The notes: generated by a model from the letters alone, not told the origin. DNA of 64,000 bases from Eledone cirrhosa (GCA_964016885.1 OZ024740.1:421042001-421106000), one strand, 5' to 3'. Positions 49,797-61,940 are shown, counted from the first letter of the stretch. Program-made: numbers and translations.

Positions 49797-49913
49797 CACA
49801 TAGCTTACATTTGTTTCACTGAACTGGTCTGTCTAGAGATCGCTATCCGCCTAATTTTGCGTCACTCGATCGCCAATACAGAATTATAACCAGTCAGATC
49901 TTCGGAGCATGCG
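49797..49913 (-). ncRNA. Type I hammerhead ribozyme candidate with extended stem II
   Basis: Minus strand: CGCATGCT-CCGAAGA-TCTGACTGGT...ACCAGTTCAGT-GAAACAAATGTA-AGCTATGTG. Stems I and II pair; core has C in place of U4. Confidence 0.6.
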
Positions 49914-50269
49914 AGAATGAAGAAAATACACAGGCAAGAAAAGAAAAGAAAATATGGAGTAGTTATGGCATTCAATTAGAACAATAACAACAACAATTAT
50001 TACAACAATGCTATCAATAAACTATTTAAGGAGACCCTGACATTACTTAGGTGGGGGGTATATAATGTATCTAATGTTACGGCGTGAAAATCAGCTGTCA
50101 TAAGGCAAAAAGTATCGTAGTGTGTATCAATTTTAAATAATAAAGATAAGCTAGTTTTTACAGTCTTTCTCTTCATCTTCAAGAGTATACATGAGTGGGA
50201 CCACTGTCAAAGCTCAATAGTTGTAGAGTTAATACAGAGGTTAACGAATTAATATACGCATATATCTAC

Positions 50270-50289
50270 GCGCACACACACACACACGC

Positions 50290-50373
<84 letters not shown>
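50270..50373. repeat. (CA)n microsatellite within the PLE 3' region
   Basis: Direct reading. Confidence 0.98.
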
Positions 50374-50384
<11 letters not shown>

Positions 50385-50712
50385 AATATATATACACATA
50401 TATGTGTACATAGACACATACATACACATCAATATACACTCGTACAAAAAAATACATACATGCAAAGAGAAAAGCGTGCTAATTGTAGTTATGGCAAAAA
50501 GAAGGTAAAGTAACATTGTAGTAGTGAAATGAGAAAAACTAGGATCTAGGATCAAATGATTGCAGCAGCTGAGAAGGAGTAAGATTGTTGGTAGATGAGG
50601 TATTTACAGACAATTGTGTGGTATAGACTTGTGAAGGAAATAGTATACTTAATGAATATATTTCTGTGGGTAGTAGGTATCCTAATTTAAAGCTATGTTA
50701 TGTTGGTTCGAT

Positions 50713-52563
50713 TCACGGAGGTTTGAATCTTATGAATTTAGTGGCTATTCTATGTCTGCAGAAGATAGATCTTTCTAACTTATTATTAAGTAGCCTTTTA
50801 ACATTTCTAAGGATATACAATAGCTCAAGATCACACAGCCCGCAATAGGACATCCCTGTACTATAGGTTTTAGCAGCCGACAACTTCGACCAGTTGATAG
50901 TGTAGCTAGCGTTGCTGTCCTTCAATTCCCATATTTTTCTGGCGAGGGTGGTGGAACCCATAAGTGCTCGATTTTTCATTGAGTGCCTGTGCACATACCA
51001 TCTTTTCTTAAAAGAACCCGCGGTGGATCCTCTGTAATTCCAGGTGGAGTTACCCGAGATGACAGTGCACATGTACACCAGGCTCGAATCGAGACATCTG
51101 TTCGCCAATGGGCACCTATCTGGGAGGTGACAGTTGCAGTTTGAGGCGCTATTTTGTGCAGCTTTTACATTCCTATTTAGTACCCTGTTATAAGTGGGTT
51201 GTGATATATGCCCCATGGGGTTTTGCTGCTGCGCGTTTGTATGCGCTTGTGGTTGTGATGTTGTGATGAGTTTGTGCTTATGTATAGGTGCAATTGATTT
51301 ACTTGAGATATTTCTGTGGTTGATCTTGCGTATGTGTGATTCTATGTTAGCTGCTGTTGAGAAAGAGAGTTTTATAGTAGATCTATTGAGTATTTTGTGA
51401 TATCTATGCGAGATAGGGAAGTGTTTATCTATTAGTTTAAAGAATGTAGAGGGCAGTCTAGTTTTTATAGAGGAGTTGAATATTGAGTTGAACCATAGGT
51501 ATTTTCTTTGTCTGTTTCTTCTATTGTTTCTAGGGTTTACGTTATCAGTGTTTTGGCCGTTTACTCTAGGTGTTTCATGTCTAACCCTATGTCTAGTCAA
51601 GCTATTCCTATTATTATGTGAGCGGTTGGAGTAGAAATTACTAGGATTGTTTATGTTGTCCTTATTCACTATATACTGTAGTTTATCTTTATGACCGGCC
51701 CTACTTAATGCTGCATTATAATAGTCAGCATGCTCGTTAAAGATTCCTAGGTTTGAGGATAGGCGGGATATTCGGAGGGATATACTACATGCTATGGATT
51801 TAATTATGGATTTGGGGTGATTTGAGTTGTAACTAATGTAGGCAAGATTTTCATTATTTTTGTGGAAAGGTTCTATTAATCCAGTATTTAGATTTAGAGT
51901 TACATCTAGAAAATTTACCTTCTTATGGTTTAGTTCGTAGGTAATACTTAGGCCTAGTTTTTTGAAGAATATTCTAATATTTTTCCTTAGTCTTTCCATG
52001 CTCTGGTTGTTTAGGTTCCTAGCTATAAGTAACGTGTCGTCCCTATAAATTCCTCCTTGGAGGTTACTGAATTCCTTATGTAGGTTGTGTGCTATGAATA
52101 GCCCCACGATATCTGTAATTTGCGCAGAATCATTTGATCCCATTGTAATATCGAAGCTATTTATTCTATCCTTTCTTACCCAGTAGTTATTTTCAAATTT
52201 TACGATAGTCCTTCTAGCCGCTATTATTATTTCAATTTCATCATGGGTAAGATTAGAGTTATTTTGGGCAAATATAAGCGCCTTATCTAGGGTAGCTGGG
52301 GATATGGATGCATAATAGTTGTCTATATCAAATTGTATGAAGTTACACGTCTCCCTATTTTGTATTTTATTGAACCATTTAATTGATTCGTTAGTGTTGC
52401 CCCATAAATTGATTTCTAGTTTACCCTTTATTTGTGCGATTACCCTATCTAGAATGTTTTTGCTAATTTTACCTATGTCTGACTTGGATGGGCATATTAA
52501 TCTAATGGTGGAATTAGTTTCAAAGTTATTTTTGTGATCTTTCAGGTTAAATGTAGGGTTGCA
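50713..52563 (-). CDS. Penelope-like RT-GIY-YIG polyprotein (partial, ~616 open codons)
   Basis: Hand translation upstream of the listed Met stays open: LKDHK, RLICPSKSDIG, FIQFDIDNYYASI, FDITMGS. Then IYRDD, NFLDV, CNCx5CP, LVY..YRGST..FKKR, CGLC. Confidence 0.9.
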   Translation of the reverse strand, partial: CNPTFNLKDHKNNFETNSTIRLICPSKSDIGKISKNILDRVIAQIKGKLEINLWGNTNESIKWFNKIQNRETCNFIQFDIDNYYASISPATLDKALIFAQNNSNLTHDEIEIIIAARRTIVKFENNYWVRKDRINSFDITMGSNDSAQITDIVGLFIAHNLHKEFSNLQGGIYRDDTLLIARNLNNQSMERLRKNIRIFFKKLGLSITYELNHKKVNFLDVTLNLNTGLIEPFHKNNENLAYISYNSNHPKSIIKSIACSISLRISRLSSNLGIFNEHADYYNAALSRAGHKDKLQYIVNKDNINNPSNFYSNRSHNNRNSLTRHRVRHETPRVNGQNTDNVNPRNNRRNRQRKYLWFNSIFNSSIKTRLPSTFFKLIDKHFPISHRYHKILNRSTIKLSFSTAANIESHIRKINHRNISSKSIAPIHKHKLITTSQPQAHTNAQQQNPMGHISQPTYNRVLNRNVKAAQNSASNCNCHLPDRCPLANRCLDSSLVYMCTVISGNSTWNYRGSTAGSFKKRWYVHRHSMKNRALMGSTTLARKIWELKDSNASYTINWSKLSAAKTYSTGMSYCGLCDLELLYILRNVKRLLNNKLERSIFCRHRIATKFIRFKPP

Positions 52564-52629
52564 CTACCTGGAATACCATAACTGGACTTCACCTAAGTGG
52601 ACTGCATTTAACTATTATTTGTTAATCCG

Positions 52630-52653
52630 TATATATATATATATATATATATA

Positions 52654-52707
<54 letters not shown>

Positions 52708-52708
52708 A

Positions 52709-52766
<58 letters not shown>
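52630..52766. repeat. (TA)n microsatellite
   Basis: Direct reading. Confidence 0.98.
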
Positions 52767-52767
<1 letters not shown>

Positions 52768-52772
<5 letters not shown>

Positions 52773-55041
52773 GAGTGAAATCTAAGAGTGAAATCCGGAA
52801 GCAAACATGGAGTGAAAACACTGCCACACAAGACACTAACACACAATTTCAACACTTCATGACAACGATACACACCATATGCAAAAAGTGTGTCCCGGAG
52901 AAAGAGGCAAACAGACACAAAAATCTTATTCTCAGAGATAGGAAAATCCTTATGAGACGTAGAACTAAACTCTCAAACCAGTTGAATAGTCAACAAAACA
53001 AAAACAAGAAGGAATCCCATTTGAAACGTGCACTACTTGACACCGAGATTGCACTCAAACTTTCACATGAGAATGACAGGGCAAAGAAAGAGAACAGGGC
53101 CATAGAAAACATTAAAACAAACCCTAAGGCCTTCTTTAAATTTGCAAAAGAAACTGCCTCAGTACACTGCAAGATTGGACCACTCTTCCACACGGACGGT
53201 TCATTAACCGAAAATCCCCAAGAGATATGTGAAATACTGAACGAACAGTACAAAAGTGTCTTCACATGTCCACTGAGGCACATGCAAATAACGAAGCCAG
53301 AGGAGTTCTTTGATGCCACAACACTACATCAAGAAATGGCAACCATCAACCACATAGACATAACGGAGGAGGATGTAGTGTACGCCATTGATGAAATTAG
53401 AACAGACTCGGCTGCTGGACCTGATGGATTCCCAGCAGTTCTCCTAAAAATATGTAAGCGGGCCTTAGCAACTCCACTGAAGATGCTCTTCAGAAGCTCC
53501 TTGGCTAGCGGTGTACTACCCAGGGAGCTGAAAGAAGGCACAATATGCCCTATCCATAAAGGAGGTAGTAGAGCGGAGGCCAAGAACTATAGGCCAGTCT
53601 CACTGACGTCGCATATCAGTAAGGTCATAGAGCGAGTCGTCAGAAAGAAACTAATCACTTTCCTCGAAGAAAATGACCGCCTGACTAGCACGCAACATGG
53701 CTTCCGCCCAGGAAGAAGCTGCCTTACACAGCTGCTACATCACTACGACTGGGTACTGAGACAACTACTAGACAGCTCACATGTGGACGTGATATATCTT
53801 GACTTTGCGAAGGCCTTTGACAAGGTCGACCACGGAATGATATGTCACAAACTACACGGACTCGGCATAACTGGAAAAGTAGGTGAGTGGCTGCATGGCT
53901 TCCTAAGGGACAGAAGCCAGGCAGTCGCAGCAAATGGGGCCCTCTCAAAGGAAACACCAATAACAAGTGGGGTGCCCCAGGGGACAGTCCTGGGACCACT
54001 ACTGTTTTTGGTGGCTCTCTTGGACATGCCCTCTGTGGTGCATGCAACAACATCCCTCACTAGCTATGCTGATGACACTAAGGTAGCACAGGCAATCAAA
54101 AACCCAGCTGACGCTGCCCTTTTACAGCAGGATCTGGATGCCATATACAGATGGGCGGAAGAAAACAACATGCAGTTTAATGCTGGCAAATTCCAAGCCC
54201 TACAATACAAACCTGCAAACACAAATATAGTGGAACACAGCTACACAGGACCGATATCCCCGTGTCAAAATCGATACGAGACCTGGGCATAGACATGAGC
54301 GATGATGCATCTTTTTCTTCACACATCATGAAGGTGGTGACAACATGTAGACGATTCGCTGGCTGGATCTTGAGGACTTTCCTTACAAGAGATCGAGACA
54401 CCATGTTGACACTGTGGAGGACTTTTGTCCTAAGCCGCCTGGACTACTGCTCCCAGCTGTGGTCACCCCATAGTGTCAAACTAACCACGGAGCTTGAGGC
54501 AATCCAGCGAAGCTACACCAAGAGGATTGCCAAGATGAGGGAGACAAGCTACTGGGAGAGGCTGAAGGAACTGAACCTCTACTCCTTGGAGCGAAGACGG
54601 GAGAGATACGCAGTGATCTACATGTGGAAAATCCTGGAGGGACTAGCACCAAACTTTGGCATTGGGAGCTGGACCAACCGTCGAACAGGACGTCACTGTG
54701 TGGTGCCAAAGGTCCCGTCTTCCACATCTAGAATAAGGAGCAGGTATTGCAATAGCCTGGGATTCAAGGGCCCTCAACTCTTCAACAGGCTGCCGAGGCA
54801 TCTGAGAGACTTGCATGACGTGGAGGTGGATGTCTTTAAGAAACATCTCGACACCTTGTTATCCAGGATCCCGGATGAGCCCACAGCAAGACATGAGGGA
54901 AACCTAAGGGCAGCAGCAACAAACTCCCTCCTACACCAGTGGCCAACCTATACAGGCTGGAGATAAAATGTGTAGCAACAAGGGCGGTGCCCCAGCATGG
55001 CCTCAGCTGGTGGCTGAAACAGGTAAAAGAGTAAAAGAGTA
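52768..55041 (+). mobile_element. 5'-truncated CR1-type LINE
   Basis: RT ORF, short 3'UTR with stem-loop and (TAAAAGAG)2 tail, (TA)n on both sides. Confidence 0.9.
52775..54966 (+). pseudogene. CR1-type ORF2 reverse transcriptase, frameshift near 54260, no APE domain
   Basis: AGPDG, NYRPVSLTS, QHGFRPGRSC, YLDFAKAFDKVDH, GVPQGTVLGPLLF, YADD. Second frame gives RDLG, LDYCSQLWSP, SLERRR. Confidence 0.93.
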
Positions 55042-55131
55042 TATATATATAAAAATATATATATATAAATATATATATATATAAATATATATATATATAA
55101 ATATATATATATATAAATATATATATATAAA

Positions 55132-55167
<36 letters not shown>

Positions 55168-55170
55168 AAT

Positions 55171-55229
<59 letters not shown>

Positions 55230-55236
55230 AATATAT
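55041..55236. repeat. (TA)n microsatellite
   Basis: Direct reading. Confidence 0.97.
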
Positions 55237-55291
55237 ATGTAAGTATGTATGTATACGTACATACATATATGTATACAGACGTACAGTAGCA

Positions 55292-55330
<39 letters not shown>

Positions 55331-55761
55331 GCATACAGGTACACATACATATATGTACGCATCAGTTTAGCGGACGCTTATTATAGCGCCCACTTTGTTC
55401 GTTTGTAAACAAACTGAACAGCCTGAATTTATGCCGCACGGTGTTAAGGCAACCACGTCACCTTTTTGTTCAACACTGGCGCAGGAACGATGTACTAGTT
55501 TCAAGCTTGTTAGCTATCATCAGCACCGTATACCCATCTGCCAGATAGTTGAACGTTCGAAAGTATATACTTTCCTTATGAAAATTAGCAGCCTAATTTG
55601 CATATCGAGTGAGTTAAATCGGTCAGGCGCACCGAAAACGATGAGTTGTAAAAAAAATGAAAACGAAATTTCATTTCTCACTCTTAGTACGGCACTTACT
55701 TAAATGTAAGTATGTATGTATACGTACATACATATATGTATAGAGACGTACAGTAGCATGC

Positions 55762-55795
<34 letters not shown>

Positions 55796-55827
55796 GCATA
55801 CAGGTACACATACATATATGTACGCAT
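55237..55827 (-). mobile_element. 341-bp non-coding insert (55363-55703) between ~125-bp direct repeats, containing a hammerhead motif
   Basis: 55237-55362 matches 55704-55827 (one substitution, TA-run length difference). Insert is more GC-rich than its flanks. Confidence 0.7.
55487..55529 (-). ncRNA. Minimal type I hammerhead ribozyme
   Basis: Minus strand: ACGGTG-CTGATGA-TAGCTAACAAGCTT-GAAACTAGTA-CATCGT. Intact core, stem I ACGGTG/CATCGT, stem II AGCT/AGCT, palindromic stem III ACTAGT, GUA site. Confidence 0.75.
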
Positions 55828-55853
55828 ATATATATATATATATAAATACATAT

Positions 55854-55948
<95 letters not shown>

Positions 55949-56071
55949 TATATATATAAATATATATATATAAATATATATATATATAAATATATATATA
56001 TATAAATATATATATATAAATATATATATATAAATATATATAAATATATATATATAAATATATATATATAA

Positions 56072-56106
<35 letters not shown>

Positions 56107-56149
56107 AATATATATATATAAATATATATATATAAATATATATATATAA

Positions 56150-56230
<81 letters not shown>

Positions 56231-56236
56231 TATATA
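55826..56236. repeat. (TA)n microsatellite
   Basis: Direct reading. Confidence 0.97.
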
Positions 56237-56394
56237 CAATGAAGGAAATTTGTGAGAAAGTTAAAAGCTTCATCATTTTTTAACTATGGAAAATAATCTA
56301 AATAATAGGAGATATAAAGCCTCCTGAATGGAACACATAGACATTAGACGCTTCTAACTTTCTCATATATGTGTGTGTGTGTGTATATATATAT

Positions 56395-56488
56395 ATGTGT
56401 ATTTGTATGAAAATATATATATATATATATTTGTAAGAATATACACACATATATTTGTAAGTATATATATATATATATTTGTAAGTAT

Positions 56489-56526
<38 letters not shown>

Positions 56527-56804
56527 AAGTATACATTCATATATATATATATATTTGTAAGTATACATACATGCATATATATATATATTTGTAAGTATAT
56601 ACACATATATATATATATATATATATATTTGTAAGTATATACACATATATATATATATATATATATTTGTAAGTATATACACATATATATATATATATAT
56701 ATATATATTTGTAAGTATATACACATATATATATATATATATATATATATTTGTAAGTATATACACATATATATATATATATATATATATATTTGTAACT
56801 ATAT

Positions 56805-56844
<40 letters not shown>

Positions 56845-56852
56845 AAGTATAT

Positions 56853-56902
<50 letters not shown>

Positions 56903-56928
56903 AAGTATATACATACATGCATATATAT
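56395..56928. repeat. Minisatellite TTTGTAAGTATATACACA(TA)n, ~12 units of variable length
   Basis: Fixed core separated by TA runs of varying length. Confidence 0.9.
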
Positions 56929-57479
56929 GTGGGGGTGGGGGGTTCACTTGCACACTATACAAAAGATCAAATCAATGTTCAATGATGTAGTGTTGGTGTA
57001 ATGTGTATTTAGATGACTCACACTAGTATAAAATGTCTCTTGATATTGTACCCAGTGCATTATGAACTCTGAATAACACTGCACTTAAGTAGTCATTTAT
57101 GTCCCACCCACCCCGGTTAATTCCCCCTCCTCCCTCCTTTTACTTTAAGCTCTCCTGTTAATAACTTTTATTTTTTATTTTTTATTTTTGTAATTTACTC
57201 TCTGTGCTCTCTTTTATCTGAGTCTCTCCTCTCTCTTGAATTCCTCAATTTAAAAAGATCATCAAAGCAGTCTTTAATTATCATTAATTTTACTAAATTG
57301 ATAATTTAATTTACAGCAAATGAAATTAATTTATTACTGTGTTATAAAAACTAAATATAATGAATAAATATTTGTTATTGATTAAATGATTGGTTGATCA
57401 TTTAAGAAATATTCTCGTTCTTGATTTTTGTTTATTTACTTCATGCTTAAATATTCCTCATCACCAGTAATTAATTAGT

Positions 57480-57790
57480 TTAACCCTTTAGTTAGCAACC
57501 CAGCCAAAACCAGCTCTGGTTCTAATTAAAATCTTCCAACATAATTTTATATAAGAACCTTACATTAAGTTACTATCTTAGTAATGAAATAATTATATAG
57601 AGACCAATAAATCTATTTCAAGGTAACTTCATCTCTGGTTTTCATTTCTCTTCCTGCTTACCCCATTTCTTCCTACTATCACCTGATTTTGTTACCTGGA
57701 GATTTATCCATCTGCATTGTAGAGACTTCCAAAACGACCATTTTTTAATTAGTGTGTATTCCATTAGAAATGCAGTCATGAAAGGGTTAA
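57480..57790. mobile_element. piggyBac-like non-autonomous element
   Basis: TTAA|CCCTTT ... AAAGGG|TTAA termini (TTAA target site and CCC ends). Confidence 0.55.
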
Positions 57791-58042
57791 ATATATTTCC
57801 ATCTACACTATGTTTTGATAAGCATTTTATATAAGGTGTCTTATTCCTGGATGTCTATATAGTGCTAACCTAGCTTTGAATTAAAACCTTACAGTAATTT
57901 CTAAACTAATAGGATAAAGGTATTTTTAGCTGCTGGGTAGCTGACATGTTAATAACTCTTTTCAGATATTTAGACATTGTGTTGGGTTTCTTGATGGATA
58001 TGGTGCAGGGCTATGGGTTTTTTTTACCTCATACCCTTCCTC

Positions 58043-58183
58043 ATATACATAAACAACTGGCTTTTACACCCAACATTGCACCACACCTTTTTCCCTGTAC
58101 ATAAACAACTGGCTTTTACATTCAACAATACATCATGCCATTTCTCTTATATATAAACAATTGGCTTTAACATCCAACAATGT
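58043..58183. repeat. Three diverged ~52-bp tandem units
   Basis: ATAAACAA(C/T)TGGCTTT(T/A)ACA..CAACA occurs three times. Confidence 0.8.
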
Positions 58184-58661
58184 GTACTCCTAGAAGATAC
58201 ATCCTTCACTTTCCTAAACGTTCAATGACCTACATGCATTTAAATTTCCACATCTAAGTGCCATTTAAATACAATCTAGACAGCCTACTAAATCTGCCCT
58301 GACTCCATGGACTCAGACCTAAAAAATATCCTCCATTTGAGATATACCATGCTGCACTTATCAAGAAAATATTATTGCATTTCTACCTGCCTCTAAACAC
58401 CTTTGTAAAATAAACACGTTATCCCCTTAATATATATATATACCACCCCCCACTCTCAAGTGTGAACCTAATACTAACACTGTTTGTACTGCACTCTTCG
58501 TTATTGTTTCTGGTTTTTGTTTTTGACTTATATATATATATATACATATATATTTTTATACATAAGTACAGACATACATATGAGGGAGTCCAACCAATAC
58601 CAGTTTTGCTCAATGAAGAAATTAACAAAAATCAACTTATCAGAGCATAATAAAATAATAT

Positions 58662-58923
58662 TTGGGAAAAGTAAACAAGATAAGAAATAAATTCTTATCT
58701 ATTTACTTCGATATCCCGAATGCAGTTTCACTGAGTTATAACAATAATTGTTGCTTGTAGCAGATAACTCAGAAGAATTTTTCATAATTGAGAAATTCCC
58801 TGGAGAGCTGAGATTTCTGACGGTAATCAAATACTCAAATTACTGTTTATTGTTCAGTGAAACTGCAGTTAGGACATCAAAGTAAATAGGTAAAAATTAC
58901 TTTATCTTGTTTACTTTTCCCAA
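58662..58923. mobile_element. Hairpin/MITE-like element with ~70-bp inverted repeats
   Basis: TTGGGAAAAGTAAACAAGATAA...TGCAGTTTCACTGA pairs with TCAGTGAAACTGCA...TTATCTTGTTTACTTTTCCCAA. Confidence 0.75.
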
Positions 58924-58965
58924 TATAATTTAATATGTTTATTTATATATATATATATATAGGTG

Positions 58966-59120
58966 TCATCACCATCATCTTTTTACGTCCGCTTTTTCCC
59001 TGCTTGCAAGAGTGGGAGGGGAACTGATTCTGGCTTGATTTCTACAGCTGGATGCCCTTCCTAACACCAACCTCATTTACAGTGAGTGCTGGGTGCTTTT
59101 TTGCCGTGGCACCTCCACGC
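58966..59120 (-). mobile_element. RTE-related 3'UTR fragment
   Basis: Shares TTTCTACAGCTGGATGCCCTTCCTAACACCAACC..TTTACAGTG with 47980-48030. Confidence 0.75.
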
Positions 59121-59171
59121 CCACTTTGCAGTGGAATGATATGGACCCCAGTCCCTATCATCTCATTTCTA

Positions 59172-59302
59172 CAGCTGAGTAAACTGGAGCAATGTGAAAT
59201 AAAGTGTCTTGCTCAAGGAAACAACACATCACCCAGTCCGAGAATTGAACTCACAACCTTTCGATTGCAAGGCCAATGCTCTAACCACTAAGCCATGTGC
59301 CT
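59172..59302 (-). mobile_element. tRNA-derived SINE 5' part
   Basis: Minus strand A box TGGCTTAGTGG and B box GAGTTCAATTC, then CCTTGAGCAAGACACTT (V-SINE-like domain). Confidence 0.75.
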
Positions 59303-59379
59303 ATATATTATATATATATATATTATATATATATATTATATATATATATATTATATATATATATATTATATATATATAT

Positions 59380-59412
<33 letters not shown>

Positions 59413-59568
59413 ATATATATATATATATATTATATATTATATATATATTATATATATATTATATATATATATTATATATTATATATTATATATATATATA
59501 TATATAAATATATTATATATATATTATATATATATATATATTATATATTATATATATATATTATATAT

Positions 59569-59623
<55 letters not shown>

Positions 59624-59996
59624 GTATATTATATATATTATATGTATATTATATATATATTATATATATATTATATATTTATATATATTATATATATATT
59701 TATATATATTATATATATATTATATATATTATATATATTATATATATATTATATATATTATATATATATATTATATATATATATTATATATATATTATAT
59801 ATATATATTATATATATATATTATATATATATATTATATATATATATTATATATATATATTATATATATATATTATATATATGTATATATTATATATATA
59901 TTATATATATGTATATATTATATATATTATATATATATACATATTATATATATATATATTATATATATATAATATATATATATATATATAAAAATA

Positions 59997-60030
<34 letters not shown>

Positions 60031-60033
60031 ATA

Positions 60034-60071
<38 letters not shown>

Positions 60072-60102
60072 TATAATATATATATAATATATATATATAT
60101 AT

Positions 60103-60134
<32 letters not shown>

Positions 60135-60264
60135 ATATATTATGTATATAATATATATATATATATATATATGTTATATATATATTATATATATATTATA
60201 TATATTATATGTATATATATATATATATATATAATATATATATAATATATATATAATATATATA

Positions 60265-60308
<44 letters not shown>

Positions 60309-60311
60309 ATG

Positions 60312-60343
<32 letters not shown>

Positions 60344-60398
60344 GTTATATATATATTATATATATATTATATATATTATATATATATTATATATATAT

Positions 60399-60433
<35 letters not shown>

Positions 60434-60444
60434 ATATATATATA

Positions 60445-60497
<53 letters not shown>

Positions 60498-60502
60498 TTA
60501 TA

Positions 60503-60595
<93 letters not shown>

Positions 60596-60680
60596 ATTAT
60601 ATATATATTATATATATATATTATATATATATTACATATATATATATTATATATATTATATATATATTATATATATATTA

Positions 60681-60725
<45 letters not shown>

Positions 60726-60958
60726 TATATATATATTATATATATATTATATATATATTATATATATATTATATATATTATATATATAATATATATATAT
60801 ATATATTATATATATATTATATATATATATTATATATATATTATATATATATATTATATATATATTATATATATATTATATATATATATAATATATATAT
60901 ATATATATTATATATATATATTATATATATATTATATATATATATTATATATATATTA
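59302..60958. repeat. ~1.65-kb (TA)n/(TTA) microsatellite
   Basis: Direct reading. Confidence 0.98.
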
Positions 60959-61061
60959 TCATCATCATCATCATCATCATCAACGTTTAACTTCCGTGTT
61001 CCACGCTTGCATGGGTTTAGACGGGGGTTTCCCACTTGAGGCAAGAGTGATTATCTTGCTC
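60958..61061 (-). mobile_element. RTE 3' tail fragment with (GAT)n tail
   Basis: CGTTTAAC..TTCCACGCTTGCATGGGTTT..TTTCCCACTTGAGGCAAGA matches 47883-47962. Confidence 0.8.
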
Positions 61062-61229
61062 GAAAGAAAGAGAGAAAAAAAGGAAAGAAAGACTGTCTTT
61101 CTTTCCTTTTTTTTCTCTCTTTCTTTCTCTCTGTGTACAATTTTTTCACTGCCAATTCAACTTTTTCAAATACAAGTCGATGTTGTTAAGGTATGTCGAA
61201 TCTATTTATCTATAAAACTGTTTATATTG

Positions 61230-61295
61230 TATTTTGTCTGAGGAAGGCATAGCATATTGTTAATATGATATCCCTGAAATATATATAATGAAATA
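61230..61295 (+). ncRNA. Type I hammerhead ribozyme candidate (possibly decayed)
   Basis: TATTTTGT-CTGAGGA-AGGCATAGCATATTGTTAATATGATATCCCT-GAAATATATATA-ATGAAATA. Stem II AGG/CCT plus CATATT/AATATG; AATAAA follows. Confidence 0.5.
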
Positions 61296-61336
61296 AATAT
61301 GGTTTTATAAATATAGTTTCCATTTATTTAATATTG

Positions 61337-61367
<31 letters not shown>

Positions 61368-61394
61368 ATATATATATATATAATATATATATAT

Positions 61395-61458
61395 CAAGGG
61401 CGGTGCCCCAGCATGGCCTCAGCCGGATGGCTGAAACAGGTAAAAGAGTAAAAGAGTA
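61395..61458 (+). mobile_element. Solo CR1 3' terminal fragment
   Basis: Near-identical to 54979-55041. Confidence 0.88.
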
Positions 61459-61546
<88 letters not shown>

Positions 61547-61614
61547 TATATATAATATATATATATATATATAATATATATATATAATATATATATATAA
61601 TATATATATATAAT

Positions 61615-61665
<51 letters not shown>

Positions 61666-61747
61666 TATATATAATATATATATATATAATATATATATGT
61701 ATAATATATATATATATAATATATATATATATTATATATATATATAT

Positions 61748-61781
<34 letters not shown>

Positions 61782-61788
61782 ATATATA

Positions 61789-61834
<46 letters not shown>

Positions 61835-61907
61835 ATTATATATATATATATTATATATATATATATTATATATATATATATATATAATTATATATATATA
61901 TATATAT

Positions 61908-61940
<33 letters not shown>

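Larger units (their letters stand above)
49750..52628 (-). mobile_element. 5'-truncated Penelope-like retroelement, Naiad-type
   Basis: RT + C-terminal GIY-YIG ORF, ~950-bp 3' region with hammerhead motif, (TA)n on both sides. Boundaries approximate. Confidence 0.88.

Noticed and set aside
50698-50715. Selenocysteine readthrough of the PLE TGA, as in some Naiads
   Set aside because: No internal TGA at Cys positions; readthrough adds only four more codons before TAA
52990-54846. Minus-strand ORFs
   Set aside because: Antisense shadows of the CR1 RT
58598-58646. Minus-strand CTGATAA...AAAACTGGTA hammerhead relic
   Set aside because: Both core boxes are mutated and stem I does not pair
59228-59302. 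tRNA gene
   Set aside because: A/B boxes run into a SINE body and no clean acceptor stem is evident
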